Assembly: GCF_006345805.1 (NCBI RefSeq)
Contig: NC_043012.1
Span: forward strand, 30,814,001 to 30,878,000
Source of the DNA: Octopus sinensis
Lineage: Eukaryota
Direction: 5' to 3'
Length of the DNA: 64,000 bases
Positions 27,636 through 40,674 of this stretch are shown piece after piece. The position numbers and the translations under genes are program-made. The notes under the pieces are model-generated. The model was not told where the DNA came from and searched no databases. It saw only the letters and a program-made list of their open reading frames with translations. Numbering within the stretch: the stretch's first letter is position 1; every line of letters starts with the position of its first letter.

Positions 27636-28119
27636 CAGGGTGTCCCAGAATTAATGATGATTTGAGTGAAATCGGATGCATTTTTGGAAAAAACTCATCT
27701 TTATTCATGTTTAGCATATTAAATATGTGTTAAAAGTGTATAAATTTTGAATATTCATTATAATTTTATTTGTATTCCTGTTGGACCGCTGTTATTTGTC
27801 CATGACAGCTTTTTTTCAATTTGGCAGCAATCCTTTTCTTTACCTTCAACATCAAGATGGTGCAATCGTTTAGCTGAGCTTAAAGAACGCATTCAGTCAA
27901 CAGTGCAGGAGATAACTCCTGAAATGCTTCAGAATTCGTTTCACAACGCTAAGGAGAGATTTGAAGTATGCAGCAGGGAGACAGACATGTTGAACATTTC
28001 CAATAAAAGTTTGACGTAAGATTTATAAATCTATTTGTTTTGGTAATAAACTTAAAATTCTGTCAGTTTATCAAAGATTTGCTCAATTTCATTGCAACAG
28101 TTAATTCTGGAACACCCCG
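27636..28119 (+). mobile_element. Internally deleted mariner-type element / MITE
   Basis: TA-CAGGGTGTCCCAGAATTAA ... TTAATTCTGGAACACCCCG-TA; retains a transposase C-terminal remnant ELKERIQSTVQEITPEMLQN. Confidence 0.8.
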
Positions 28120-28509
28120 TATGGTGTAGCGTTGTTAGTTGTTGAGTTGCTCGAGTAAATATTAGAATCAAAGGTCTTCTCGCCGTAAACATCCCCTCTT
28201 TTTGTTAAGCATATTCTATCAAGGAGTATATTATCCAAAATGTATCTCTCCTTTATAGACATGGCTGTGTGGTTTCGAACCATGTCACCTTGCGTTCAGT
28301 CCCATTGTGCGGCACGTTGGGCAATTCTCATTCATTACAGCTCCGTGCCGACCAACGCCTTGTCTATTATATAATTGCCATTTATAAAATAACACATACT
28401 ACTCACTTATTATTGTCATATAATAAACAAACAGAAGTTCGTGTATGAATTTGATCTTTCTTCTACTTCAGTTATTACATGTTATTTTCTTATAAAATAC
28501 AGGAGTAAA

Positions 28510-28593
28510 TCTCTATATATAATAACACTTTGAATGTGTCTCCCGAGAAAGAGTAAAAGTAATAACCCGATCAACGACGGGTATTACTGCTAG
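28510..28593 (+). mobile_element. Miniature non-autonomous Helitron (84 bp)
   Basis: A|TC start, subterminal hairpin ACCCG..CGGGT, CTAG|T end. Confidence 0.6.
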
Positions 28594-29802
28594 TGTTATG
28601 TAAGTTGAATAGCACTTAATGTCATCGACTCCGGAAGCCCGAGAGGCTACGGTCTCGAAGACAATGTTTGAGGAAGAACAAAAACAACAACAACATCAGC
28701 CATAACAAAAACATTACTGAGTTGAGGATTCTATTCATATTGTTATATATAAGGTGTCTATATTGTTCCAACATATGGTCCACATCTCAGACATCGTTAT
28801 GCTATGGCGGGGTGTAACTTAAACTTCGTTGCAAACACTGAAAAATTCCTTTTGATATAACAACAAAATTATACCAATCGGAGAATACTAAGCTCACAGA
28901 AAAATCTCAGAAAAATCTAGAGATTCCTCTCGGAAACAACAGCAGGAAAAGAACACGAAGAATGTTTTGACTTATTTTTTTCATTTGTAAGTCTTTGTTT
29001 TGTTTTATTCTTTTTGCGCTTCTTCGTTTGTTGCTGAAGATTAACCCATTCTTGGAGCCAAGTGAGAGAAAAAAGAGAAGAAATTTAATTAAAATACAGA
29101 TTAAATTTTCTTGTTTTTCACTTGTTCATATATTTTTAGAATCTGGCTCGATTCGGATGGATAGCACGTGTGTGTTTATATGCATATATGTGTGTGTGCG
29201 TGTGTGTGTGTGTGCGCATACATATTTATACGCATGAGTGTGATTTTTAAATATATATAAATGCATTTATTTATAAGTGTGCATATGAGTATGTATGAAT
29301 ATATGTCTACATACATATATACATACCAACACACACACACAAAGGCACACTCAGACACACACACAGACACAAACACACACACACACACACACACACACAA
29401 CATAGCAGTGAGTGGAGGAAACATTGGCGAAACAGTGTATTTTCCTCGAAACATTTAATTTTGTAACTTTATATTTTATTTCAAATCTGGTTGAGATCTA
29501 TTTTAACTTGTTCCCTTCCTGGGTCGATAAAATATATACCAGTAATATACGAGGATCAGGCTGTGAAAAATCGATATATTTTATAAATGTCTTAACAGGG
29601 GCAAGTTTGGTTATATATGATAGTTAAGAAGACCTCTTTGCATCTTCGTTTTTCTTTTTTCTTTTTGTCTTCGAATCACAACCAAACGTCGTACAACCAA
29701 ACACTGATTCCTGTTGCAAGTTCTGTTTTATCCATCGCTGACAAGGATCTTGGACAATATGAATTGCCAGCTGCAACAAGAAGTGCAGCTGGTGCTTAAG
29801 AT

Positions 29803-29841
<39 letters not shown>

Positions 29842-30557
29842 AATTTTTCTTCTTTAACATTCAACGAATGGAGCAATGTGTTCATCGGAATGAAATATTC
29901 TTGTTTCCAGATAAATGCAAAAGCTTATACAGGAACCACACAATTGGTGGCGACTAATTCGGGAAGAATACTTTTCTTTGATGTTTCTAGTTTCTTCACA
30001 GGCAAACTTGTTTTATTAATCTGATTTTGGTAAAATATTCATTCATTCAAACCGGTTTCTGTTGTGGCTTCCCCTGCCAATATTCTCTCAGGAGAAAGGG
30101 TTGTTCATCTTGCCTTGAAGGTGCCACTCCATCCGACACACAGTAACAGGCTTGTGTGCAATATTGATAACGGATCTGGACAGACAAGGGTTCTGAATCA
30201 GGTCAGGCATAAAGTATGCTATCCTGACATCATATTTCAGTCTTACATCTGATGGTCTCGATTGCACCTTACAAGATCTCAGACGTAATGGTGGAATCAT
30301 TCTGCTGCTCTGAAAATTTAAGGCAAATTCTTTCCTTCATATGAAGTGATGGTTCTGATGATGATTTGAAAGCATAATACCTACGTCTAAAACGAGAGGG
30401 AAAACGTTATCTTTGGAGCAACAAGTAGATCTCATTTAATAGCAATGTCTCAGAGGCCCACTTTGCCGATGTTCTCCAGTCATCAGAGGAGACGAAAGTC
30501 GACTACAAGTTGACATTCTAATTAGACTTAGTAAAATATAATAAATAAATTTTAATT

Positions 30558-30613
<56 letters not shown>

Positions 30614-30616
30614 CAT

Positions 30617-31020
30617 AAACTGAGCAAATATAAAGATCTTGAAATAGAAATTAGCAAAATGTGGAACCTGAAGACTAAAACAATACCTGTTGTCATAGGT
30701 GCCCTGAGAATGATAGCAAAAGGGGCTGATTGCTACCTAGCTCAGATACCAGGAAACCCTAAAATGGCAGAAATTCAAAAGATAGTGCTCATGGGAACTG
30801 CTCATATCCTACGCAAAATACTTTCTATGTAATCTCAAGTTTTAAAACAAACATAATTTTCTTATGGTTTCTTAAACATTCTCTAGAACAATACTATGTA
30901 TAAAACCAAATATATGGCATCCCAGGAATAACACCACATGAACTTTCAGCTTGTCTCTTGAGGTCTCCGGGTGAGACTTGGAGCCAACTTGTACAAATGC
31001 AAAGCAAAAGTCAAACATAA
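30617..31020 (+). mobile_element. R4/Dong-type RLE LINE 3' end in (TAA)n
   Basis: KLSKYKDLEIEISKMWNLKTKTIPVVIGAL...QKIVLMGTAHILRKILSM*; flanked by (TAA)n; closely similar to 61720-62169. Confidence 0.85.
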
Positions 31021-31037
31021 AATAATAATAATAATAA

Positions 31038-31228
31038 TTTCATATTTTGGCAGAAGGCCAGCAATTTCGGGGAGGGGATAAGTCGATTACATCGACCCCA
31101 GTGTTCAAGTGATGCTTATTTTATCGATTCCAAAAGGATGAAAGGCAAAGTCAACCTCGGCGAAATTTGAACTCAGAACGTAGAAACGAACGAAATGCCG
31201 CTAAGCGTTTCTTTCCGGTGCGGTAACG
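31038..31228 (-). mobile_element. tRNA-derived SINE (family A), 5'-truncated
   Basis: Reverse complement of the family A body. Confidence 0.75.
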
Positions 31229-31237
31229 ATAATAATA

Positions 31238-31269
<32 letters not shown>

Positions 31270-32076
31270 GTAGAGAATCCCTATCTACACTTTTCAAGAA
31301 ATGTTATCGAAAGCCCATTCTAGCTTCTCGCAGAACGGTGGAAAACCTGATTGGTCTCGTGACTGTGCCACTTTAACTCCAGAAAGTACAGGATATTAGT
31401 AACAACCAGGATGCTAGAAGACATAAAATTGTCGCTATTCTTTATTCTTTAGTCCACTGGTGTCCTTCCTGACAATCTGTAACTGAAATTTTATAACAAC
31501 TATTAGGATGCTATAAAATTTGGATGCACCAAAACTCTGCAACTGCGCAAGATTTCGTGCCAAAACTTTTATTTCTTATGTGGTAGAAACCAATATTATG
31601 ACTGGTTGTGCCATGAAAAGATATTGTCGTTCCATGTATTCACCTCATACCATCAGAAAACAGAATTTCGGTTGAAGCACATTCAATTTTCAGTGATATT
31701 GTCTTGTTCTGTGACCCTTAACAAATCTCACTGTCATCAGCGTGTTAGTGGAGTTGAACCTCCAAAGTTTTTTCTAATGGCCAGTCTGCTTGTTGGAGCA
31801 GACAAACATTTTTCTACCATAGCATCAAACTGTAGGACAAGAATTCTTGCTTAATCTAGAGTTCTTACTGAATATAACACATTATTTCTTTTACAATTGC
31901 TATCTTCTTTTATGTGTGGCATATAAATTCGGAATTACAAGAAAATGTGACTAATCACATAAATATATTTTTTTTCGCAATTCAAATGATTAACATCCAC
32001 AGAAAAGCTTTGCTCATTGTAGAAAACATACAACTTTACAGATGTAACTGCATTTGTGAATATCAATATCTGTATC

Positions 32077-32153
<77 letters not shown>

Positions 32154-33064
32154 ACAAAAGCAAGACAACGAAATTTATATCAAGTAGGTTATTCAAGTGT
32201 AAAAATATCCTTAAATATTTAGCGCCGGGAAACGCCTCAAAATCTCTACTACAGTGGTGTTAGTGTATATAAATATATATATATAGTGCGTGTGTATATG
32301 AGTGTGTGTATTGTGCGCAGAAGCAGTCAATTATCTGTGACTTGAATGAAGAATTTGCTAGAACAACTGGAAACATGATTGATGTGAATGTGATGTAAGA
32401 AGCTAAACGTATGATTGATATGTGCATAGTTATACGAGTGTATATTTTCATCTATGTACCCACACGCATACACACGTACACACACACTAATACTCTCTCT
32501 CTCACACACACAGATATGTCTTCCTATATCTAGATTATGAAGATCAAAGTGTGATATTCTCTTTGGTATTCGGCAACACACACTTTGATTTCCAAAAGCT
32601 GTATGTAGGCGCTTAAATGCAGGTAAATATTTAAACACACACACATATATATATCAGTGTGGCGACTGGGTGTGGGGTGTGTGAGTATTATTCCTATCTG
32701 ATGTAATTTGTCCTTTAAACGGATATTTATGACCTGTGCAATTGATATGTATGAGTGTGTATTATATATATATGTGTGTATGTGTGTGTGTGTATCATTA
32801 AATCTTTTATCTTTTACCGGTTTCAGTCATTGGACAGCGGCCATGCTGAGGCACTGCCTTGAAGAGTTTTAAGTCAAAGGAATCGACCGCAGTACTTTTT
32901 CTCAAACTTAGTACTTATTCAATCGATCTCCATAACCATCCTCTCTTATCAAGGCTATGCAAAATTATATTAACTAAAATTACTTTTCTTTCTTTAAAAC
33001 TGCACGGGGCTGTGCTTTCGGTGAGAGTCATCTGGACACTACTTCTAACAAAATGTTATCGTAT

Positions 33065-33655
33065 ATAAATGCAGTAAGCTAGCACAAAAAGAGTATAAGC
33101 GCAGAAATGACAGTGTAGGCGTAAGAATGCATTGGAATGTTTGTCGAGTTAATGGATTCAAAGTAGCAGAAAAATATTATAAACGTGAACTAGAAGCCGT
33201 GTTGGTGAATGATAAAAACTGATTTTATGAGATTTTTCCGTAAATACTGAACCATAATATTGAAGCAAAGGGAGCAGATATGGTTACAGAGGACACAACT
33301 CTGGTGCACTTGCAAAGTGCTACCTAAAAAGCTGGATGATATTGGAACTGAGACTCACATTGTCTATTTGTAGAAACGTGAAATCCTCTGCCCAGCAAGA
33401 ACCCTAAAAATGATTCCTGAGATTTGAGGAGATGAGCGGGATGAGCAACTCGACCTGAAGAAAATTCTAACTGGACCCCACCTGCAAAGTTGTGCGCCGC
33501 TTATCTTGATATGAGAGCACCATGTCGCGCACATAAGGTTGGGATATATGTGCCTAGTGTATCCTTATCAGACGGGTAGTCCTGATGGGTATACCGGGCT
33601 TCGTATATTTTACCTCAGTTTCACTTTGATGGCATGTGCTGCTCTCTCATTCAAT
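33065..33655 (+). mobile_element. R4/Dong-type RLE LINE 3' fragment (second family)
   Basis: CSKLAQKEYKRRNDSVGVRMHWNVC (region after the zinc knuckle), then LPKKLDDIG; the 3' UTR ends in (TAA)n. Confidence 0.65.
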
Positions 33656-33662
33656 AATAATA

Positions 33663-33711
<49 letters not shown>

Positions 33712-33765
33712 GACAACAACAACAACAACATCAATAACAAAAACAGCGACAACAACAGTAATAAT

Positions 33766-33980
33766 TCTTTCTAGTTTTGACAGAAGGCCAGCAAATTTGA
33801 GGGAAGGAACAAGTCGAATCTATGCACTGCTGTACTCAACTGGTAGTTATAGTATCGACAGCAAAGGGATGAAAAGGTAAAGTTAGCCTGGGCGGAAATT
33901 GAACTCAGACCGTAAGGAATCAGAAGAAATGATGCTAAACAGTTTATCCGACGCGCTAACGATACAGTCAATTCACTGCC
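33766..33980 (-). mobile_element. tRNA-derived SINE (family A), diverged
   Basis: Reverse complement of the family A body and head. Confidence 0.65.
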
Positions 33981-34979
33981 TTTAAAAGATCCTGATTTAG
34001 GCACAAGGCCAGAAGTGTTGATGGGGAGGAGGGGGGAGTAATGGAAACCATCGACCCCCAGTTCTTGTCTGACACTTTATTTTATCGAATCCGAACTCGG
34101 CGGGATTTCAACTGGGAGAGCAGAAAAATAATCTTGACGATGATGATGATGGTGATGATGATGATACTAATAGCAACACACGGAGAGAAAAATAAAGTAA
34201 AATTATATGGAAAACAATCTGTTTACAGAGAATTAGTGTCGGAATAATTGTAAGATTAAATTCTTGACACTCGGAATTGGCAAAAGTTATAAAATCTTAA
34301 ACTGTTTCCTCAACAATCAGAATTTGACTCTCTCTCTCACACACACACAAAAAATCATTAACAGCAATGGAAATGGTTCTGAGAGCTGCTGCCGCTGTTG
34401 CTGCTGTTGCCGTAATGGCGGCAGGCCATTACGGCGTTTTGCTGACATACGATAATTTTTGGCTCTTGTTTTTGCTCATAATTCTTCGGACTTCCACCAT
34501 AGATTGTATATTTGCTTTCGTTCCGTACACAAGAAGGGAGTTGCCGAACCAACATGAAATAAATAGTACTTAATTTCTTCCTGTTTCTTGATTTAGATAC
34601 ATTATACAGATTTTACATTGGGTTCTTTCCAAAATATTAAATTTATTTTAAGGTTACGTTGCAGTTAGTTGCTGTAGCAATTGTTGTTGTTCTTCGGGGT
34701 GCTGGTGATTATAGTCGTGGTTATGGTTGTTGTAGTTGCTGCTAGTGTTGCAACAGCGCGATATTTTTTTAAATATATTTTTCGCTGTTGATTTTTTAAT
34801 ATTTTCTTTTATTACAATTTCATTTTCAAAAAAAATGTTTATGTAATGGAATACAGGTATGCAGGCAGAGGTAAATATACTATAATACACAGACTTTTCA
34901 CACATCCCTACACATACACACACAACACACACACACATATATATATATGTATATATATATCTATATATATATATATATA

Positions 34980-35039
<60 letters not shown>

Positions 35040-35100
35040 CACATGCTCATACATTCACACACATCCACACAGACACATATATACTATAAGCACATACCTG

Positions 35101-35140
<40 letters not shown>

Positions 35141-35433
35141 ATATATATATATATATGCATATGTCTGTATATAAATTTCATAAATATATACACATGCATA
35201 TATGTGTATACACATGTGTGTGTTTGCTTTGTGTGTGTGTGTGTGTGTGTGTGTGTGAGTAAACTGCATGCCATTTTGCATTAAAACATTTTGGCTTCCT
35301 GTTAAGAATAATTTTCAGCTGCATTCTATTGCCAAGTCTGAAAGCTTGTTGAGCAAAATATACTTGTATGTATCAGTATAGATAAGTGTGTATATAAGTA
35401 TGTTTTGAGTATGTATAAATATGTTTATATTTG

Positions 35434-35479
<46 letters not shown>

Positions 35480-35612
35480 GGAGACATATAGATACATATA
35501 TATACATGGACAGACCGATAAATATAGAGACAAATAGGTAGCTAGATATACATATTTATATGCAAATGTATATATATATATGCTTATATAAGAGCCTGTA
35601 TGTTGTATGTAC

Positions 35613-35684
<72 letters not shown>

Positions 35685-35688
<4 letters not shown>

Positions 35689-36753
35689 GGTATGTAGAAA
35701 AATACAACATGGACAAGAACGTATAACTCTTAGAAGACGATACAATAACCATGGACAGGACATTCGAACCCCTCAGTCTTCAGTCAAGAACCGGATCATC
35801 GTAGTAATTTCGGCTGATTAATCTTGAGATTACTAGATCACGGCCAGCCCTCCAAGAAAAACTAAGCTGGAAGCGTAGATTTCCTGGAAGAAGGATCGAA
35901 TGCATACGAACACCAGGACAGCAAAAGGGACAGATATAAAAAAAACAAAACAAAAAACAATAATGGAATACAGAAACATGAAATACAGAAGCATTAACGG
36001 TGAAAACAACAGTGTCTTACGACTGATAACAAGCAAACAAATTTTTTCTCTGGCGCATTGGAAAAAGCCTTTATAGCGGCGGACGAAGAACAACGATGTT
36101 AACACGACGAGGGTCAGGAGCTGAAAGGCAGATTTCGGCCAACAGTCACGTGACAGAGAAGAGGGAAAAGAGAGAAGCAAAGGAAGAGAGAGAGAGAAAA
36201 GGGGGACAAAACGCAACAAAGAGAGAGAAGAGAGAGAAAGAAGGAATCAGAGAGGAGAAGGGATGGGTGTCGAAGAATGACCTGTGAGTGCAGAGCGAGA
36301 CAAAGAAATAGGAGGGTAGTGGAAGACTAGACCAAAGGATCAGAGGAAACAGAAGATGAATAGAGAGAAAAGAGAGAGAGAAAGGGGACGATCAAGTAAA
36401 AATGAGAGAGAGAGAGAGACAAACAGAGAGTCGTACCAATTATTAAGATATGTGTTCACATTAATGATAAGGGGGGTTTACGGGGCGCCTGGAATATATG
36501 TTAAGGTATGTAGAAAAATATACAACATGGACAAGAAACGTAATAACTCTTAGAAGACGATACAATAACATGGACAGGACATTCGAACCCCTCAGTCTTC
36601 AGTCAAGAACCGGATCATCGTAGTAATTTCGGCTGATTAATCTTGAGATTACTAGATCACGGCCAGCCCTCCAAGAAAAACTAAGCTGGGAGCGTAGATT
36701 TCCTGGAAGAAGGATCGAATGCATACGAACACCAGGACAGCAAAAGGGACAGA
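35685..36753. repeat. ~250-bp direct repeats (35685-35934, 36501-36753) around a ~565-bp spacer; pLTR-like cassette
   Basis: Near-identical copies with period 816 bp; starts at a (TA)n tract; no TG..CA termini. Confidence 0.8.
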
Positions 36754-36805
36754 AAGTTAATCCAAACAAGAAAGCACAAAAAACACGTTCAGGAAAGAAG
36801 GGGGG

Positions 36806-36840
36806 GTCTAACGTTTCGAGCGGAGCTCTGCCTCAGAAAC
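36806..36840 (-). ncRNA. Minimal hammerhead-like motif (variant core)
   Basis: Minus strand: GTTT-CTGAGGCA-GAGC-TCC-GCTC-GAAA-CG-TT-AGAC; palindromic AACGTT stem III. Confidence 0.5.
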
Positions 36841-37310
36841 ATAGGAGAAGGAAAGATCCAGAGAAGGGAAGATAGAGGAAAAAAATCGCCAACGGTACAC
36901 ACGAGGTCACATTTTGAAAGGCCGGAAGGAAAAGGGTGAAGAAATATGTTTTCAAAGACAGAAGAGTAATACAGTCAAAGACAGCAGAATGGTAGGAGGA
37001 GGAATGCGTGTGTAAGTGTAGATATGTGCGTGCGCGGAGGTCTGCGTGTGCGTGTGAGTGTGTATGTGTGCAATGATGACACGTGTGTGTGTGTGTGTGT
37101 GCGTGTGTGTGTGTATGTGTGTGTGTATGTGTGTGTGGTTGTAGCTGTAAACAAAGGGATGTATATATGTATATGTATGTATATATATAAATGTATATTT
37201 ATATATATATGTATGTGTATATATATATATATATATGTGTGTTTGTGTGTATATATATATATGTGTGTGTATATATATATTGTGTGTATATATATATGTG
37301 TTTGTGTGTT

Positions 37311-37348
<38 letters not shown>

Positions 37349-37349
<1 letters not shown>

Positions 37350-38020
37350 TAGCAGCTAAGCCCGGTTTCACCCGGTCGGTTTGAATGATGTGGCTGTAAA
37401 ACCTGCTCTGTGTAAGCATTCGACTTGTTTGGGTAGGCTTACGTTAAAAAACAATTTTAGAATGACATTTTTTTGTCAAAACGCTAAAAATAACTGAACA
37501 ATAAAAAAAAAACAAGATTCAACCAAAACAAAAAATAAGCCCAAAGAGTAAGCAAAGAAAGATGCAAAGCAACAGAAACAAGCATGAAACATAAAACAAA
37601 AATTAAAAGAAATAAAAAAGATAGGTAAAAATTTTTTAAATATCCAAAGGTCAAAAAACAACATTAAAAAATAATAACTGAAAAACATTAAATACCTCAA
37701 CCTAAATACGAAATATTGCACAAAATTTACAAACCAAAAGAAAAATAACCCATCTGAAACTGAAAAACAAATAACTGAAACACTACAAAGAAAGACTTCA
37801 CAAAAACTCCCACTTCCATTGCGCGCGCAAATGGACGCACACACACATACAAACACACACAAACACACACGACACGCATTCACATACCTCCCTTTTAAAT
37901 ACACACACATATATTCACACAGAGTTGAATATACCAAGTATGACATCACCTCTTCCTTCTTTATTCATCTATCACCCCTTCGTTTCTCATTCATAAACAC
38001 AAGAGTATTATTATAGTAGA
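37349..38020 (-). mobile_element. Non-autonomous Helitron-like element
   Basis: Minus strand begins A|TCTACTATA and ends with a CCGG..CCGG hairpin followed by CTAG|T. Confidence 0.55.
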
Positions 38021-38609
38021 TTATCTCGGTAACCATGGGAGTTGTGAAAAAATACAAAGTCCAGCATCACCGCCGGGTCATTCTACTCATCTGTGTAATT
38101 TTTAGCCCAATTTCAACCAGCCGTTTGACCGTGAATCCCAAGACGAGAAAGAATTGCCCATGTTAAATTTATATGTATACATATGACCAAAAGACTTCAC
38201 CAGGTGGTGCTATTAAGTTAGGCCTATAATGGCCGAAACCTATCAAATTTATCAAAGTCAAATAACGTGGTGTATTATGGCCGGCTCGAGAGTGACCATT
38301 GATTTTGTACCTGTAAACCTATTAGTTGTATAGATGACTCGTCAGACTCGCTGCCCGGAGGTAAATAACCTGTCTGCAACAGGAAGAAGGAATACGTATT
38401 GGTCAAGAATGTGATGTTACACCTTAATATCATAATGAGGAGCTGAGATTGTTCAGACGATGCTTGAACGAAGTCTCTGTAAATCTAACATATTTCCGTG
38501 CCTGTGCCCAACTGCTTGTAGTGCTACAGTTGTAGCTGTTGCTACTGCTGGATCCGTTAGTGTCGCTGCTGGTATCACTGCTGGTGCCTTATTTTATATA
38601 CATATATAC

Positions 38610-38662
<53 letters not shown>

Positions 38663-39544
38663 TCAATAAATAGTGGGGTTGTGTTGACCGCACGTGGAGA
38701 AATGATAGGCAAGGAAAAATTATAAAAAGGCAGAATGAAGGTAAAATTGAAGGTAAATTTTAATGAAAATGGGTGTATGGAAAATTAAAAAAATTTTTTT
38801 TTTTAAATATTAACTCTAACAGGTTTTCGTCGCAATACGACTTTTCAAGAATTGTAAGGTGAAAAGAAAATTTTTTTATAATTGAGGAGGGGGAAAAAAG
38901 AAAATTACATTGTTTTTTGCAAAAAAATAATAAACATATGCAAAAATTAAAGAATAGGTACACCGATACATTGTAAAGTCTTTGTGTATCTCGAGTTCAA
39001 TGATAGTTCTTGGAAAAATTACCTTGGAAGATTGAGATCCATGTGATTAAATCCATGTGGTGTTTAATTTAGGATGTTTGTTAAATGAATGTCAAAACAG
39101 GAAATGGGGTAGGAGTTATCCAGTTCCTGTGAGTAGGGGGAGACAACTCTGTGGATTTTGTGCTCTTCAATTGGGGTTAGCAATTTTTTGTAAGATAGGA
39201 TGTTAATAAACTTTAAAGTATAAAATTATCATTTTAGCTTCATTTGCATTATCTTTTTTATATATAATTGTTTGCTAACTTAACATTCAGATTTTAACAC
39301 TTTATTTATATTGTTTTCTAATTATATAAATTTACATAAACCAATTTATAATTTCGTTTCAGCTTGTTATGTCATATATAATAAAAATTTAAAAAAAAAA
39401 ATAAAAAAAAAAAATAATAATAATAATAATAATAAATAAAGAATATTATTTTTAGTTTGAAGTGATAACTGCATGATATCCTTATATATTTGTATTAGTC
39501 CATCCTTGAAGAATGAGGTAGAAAAAAGAAGTATGATCAACGTG

Positions 39545-39697
39545 CAATTTGCATATTAAGATGCGTTTTGAATTTTTCAATCAAAAGATTCTCCTTGTTA
39601 ATTCTTTCTTGTGTAGTGATTCCGTCTTTACATTGGTAGAAGGGGAATATGTAAAATTTGGGATTTTTGTCTTTAGCGCACGAGTCTATGTGGCTAC
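39545..39697 (-). mobile_element. PLE GIY-YIG C-terminal fragment
   Basis: SSHIDSCAKDKNPKFYIFPFYQCKDGITTQERINKENLLIEKFKTHLN matches the H..R..KE..I..LN tail pattern of GIY-YIG endonucleases. Confidence 0.55.
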
Positions 39698-39699
39698 TT

Positions 39700-39730
<31 letters not shown>

Positions 39731-39734
39731 TAAA

Positions 39735-39967
39735 GGCGGCGAGCTGGCAGAAACGTTAGCACGCCGGGCGAAATGCTTAGCGGTATTTTCGTCTCTGCCA
39801 TTACGTTGTGAGTTCAAATTCCGCCAAGGTCGACTTTGCCTTTCATCCTTTCGGGGTCGATAAATTAAGTACCAGTTACGCACTGGGGTCGATGTAATCG
39901 ACTGTATCCCTTTGTCTGACCTTATTTCCTTATTTGTCCCCTCTATGTTTAGCCCCTTGTAGGCAAT

Positions 39968-39970
<3 letters not shown>
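39735..39970 (+). mobile_element. tRNA-derived SINE (family A), full length
   Basis: Highly similar to 3503-3718. Confidence 0.9.
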
Positions 39971-40015
<45 letters not shown>

Positions 40016-40016
<1 letters not shown>

Positions 40017-40630
40017 GTTATCCGTAATAATGAAGGGTGAAATTAATTAATTTGGAATAATTATCAATTACACCAAGTAGTCTTCGGCATGTAAAGCCTC
40101 ATTCGAGGAAAATTTAAGTAATACTAAGCAATAAAGGTTTAGCAACGAATTGCCTTACCACATACCGAATTTAGAAATAGCAGTCAAAGAGTTATAGCTA
40201 TTTCTTCTACTAAAAAGGGAGATCTCAGTAAAAACAGCAATTGGAAGGCAGACACAAACAGGTAAGAGAGAATGAATTGACGGCAATCTATCATACAATT
40301 TTAAGTTATCTACGGACGTACGTTTCGAAATCAAGTTTTTAGGAAAGCATAAGAATTAAATATTAAATATTAAATAATTCTATCTCACCAAAACTTCTTT
40401 TCTCTTCAGCGTAGAATACTATAATCATAAATGATTATATATTGAATTTTGAGATACTAGAAGGCACCAACTCAACTCAGTATCAGAGCGAGCTAGAATC
40501 CGCAACTAGTATCACTAAATTATTTAATATTTAATATTTAATTCTATTAATAGCTATAACTCTTTGACTGCTATTTCTAAATTCGGTATGTGGTAAGGCA
40601 ATTCGTTGCTAAACCCTTTATTGCTTAGTA
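40016..40630 (-). mobile_element. Non-coding PLE pLTR-like cassette with HHR and 5' inverted segments
   Basis: 40122-40202 is inverted at 40549-40630; 40352-40379 is inverted at 40518-40545; HHR at 40309-40415; (TA)n on both sides. Confidence 0.75.
40309..40415 (-). ncRNA. Type-I hammerhead ribozyme with canonical core and 76-nt stem II domain
   Basis: Minus strand: TCTACG-CTGAAGA-GAAA(ag)AAGTTTT...AAAACTT(ga)TTTC-GAAA-CGTACG-TC-CGTAGA. Confidence 0.85.
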
Positions 40631-40674
40631 TATATATATATATATATACGTATACAGAAGCATATATATATGAG

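Noticed and set aside
29870-31860. Possible further LINE remnants (29870-30530, 31270-31860; also 10200-10690)
   Set aside because: Only isolated ADD/SDD-like motifs are visible, too decayed to classify by eye.
35755-35860. CTGAAGA and GGCTG..CAGCC-GAAA on the minus strand of the 250-bp repeat
   Set aside because: The core boxes are not in a foldable hammerhead arrangement.
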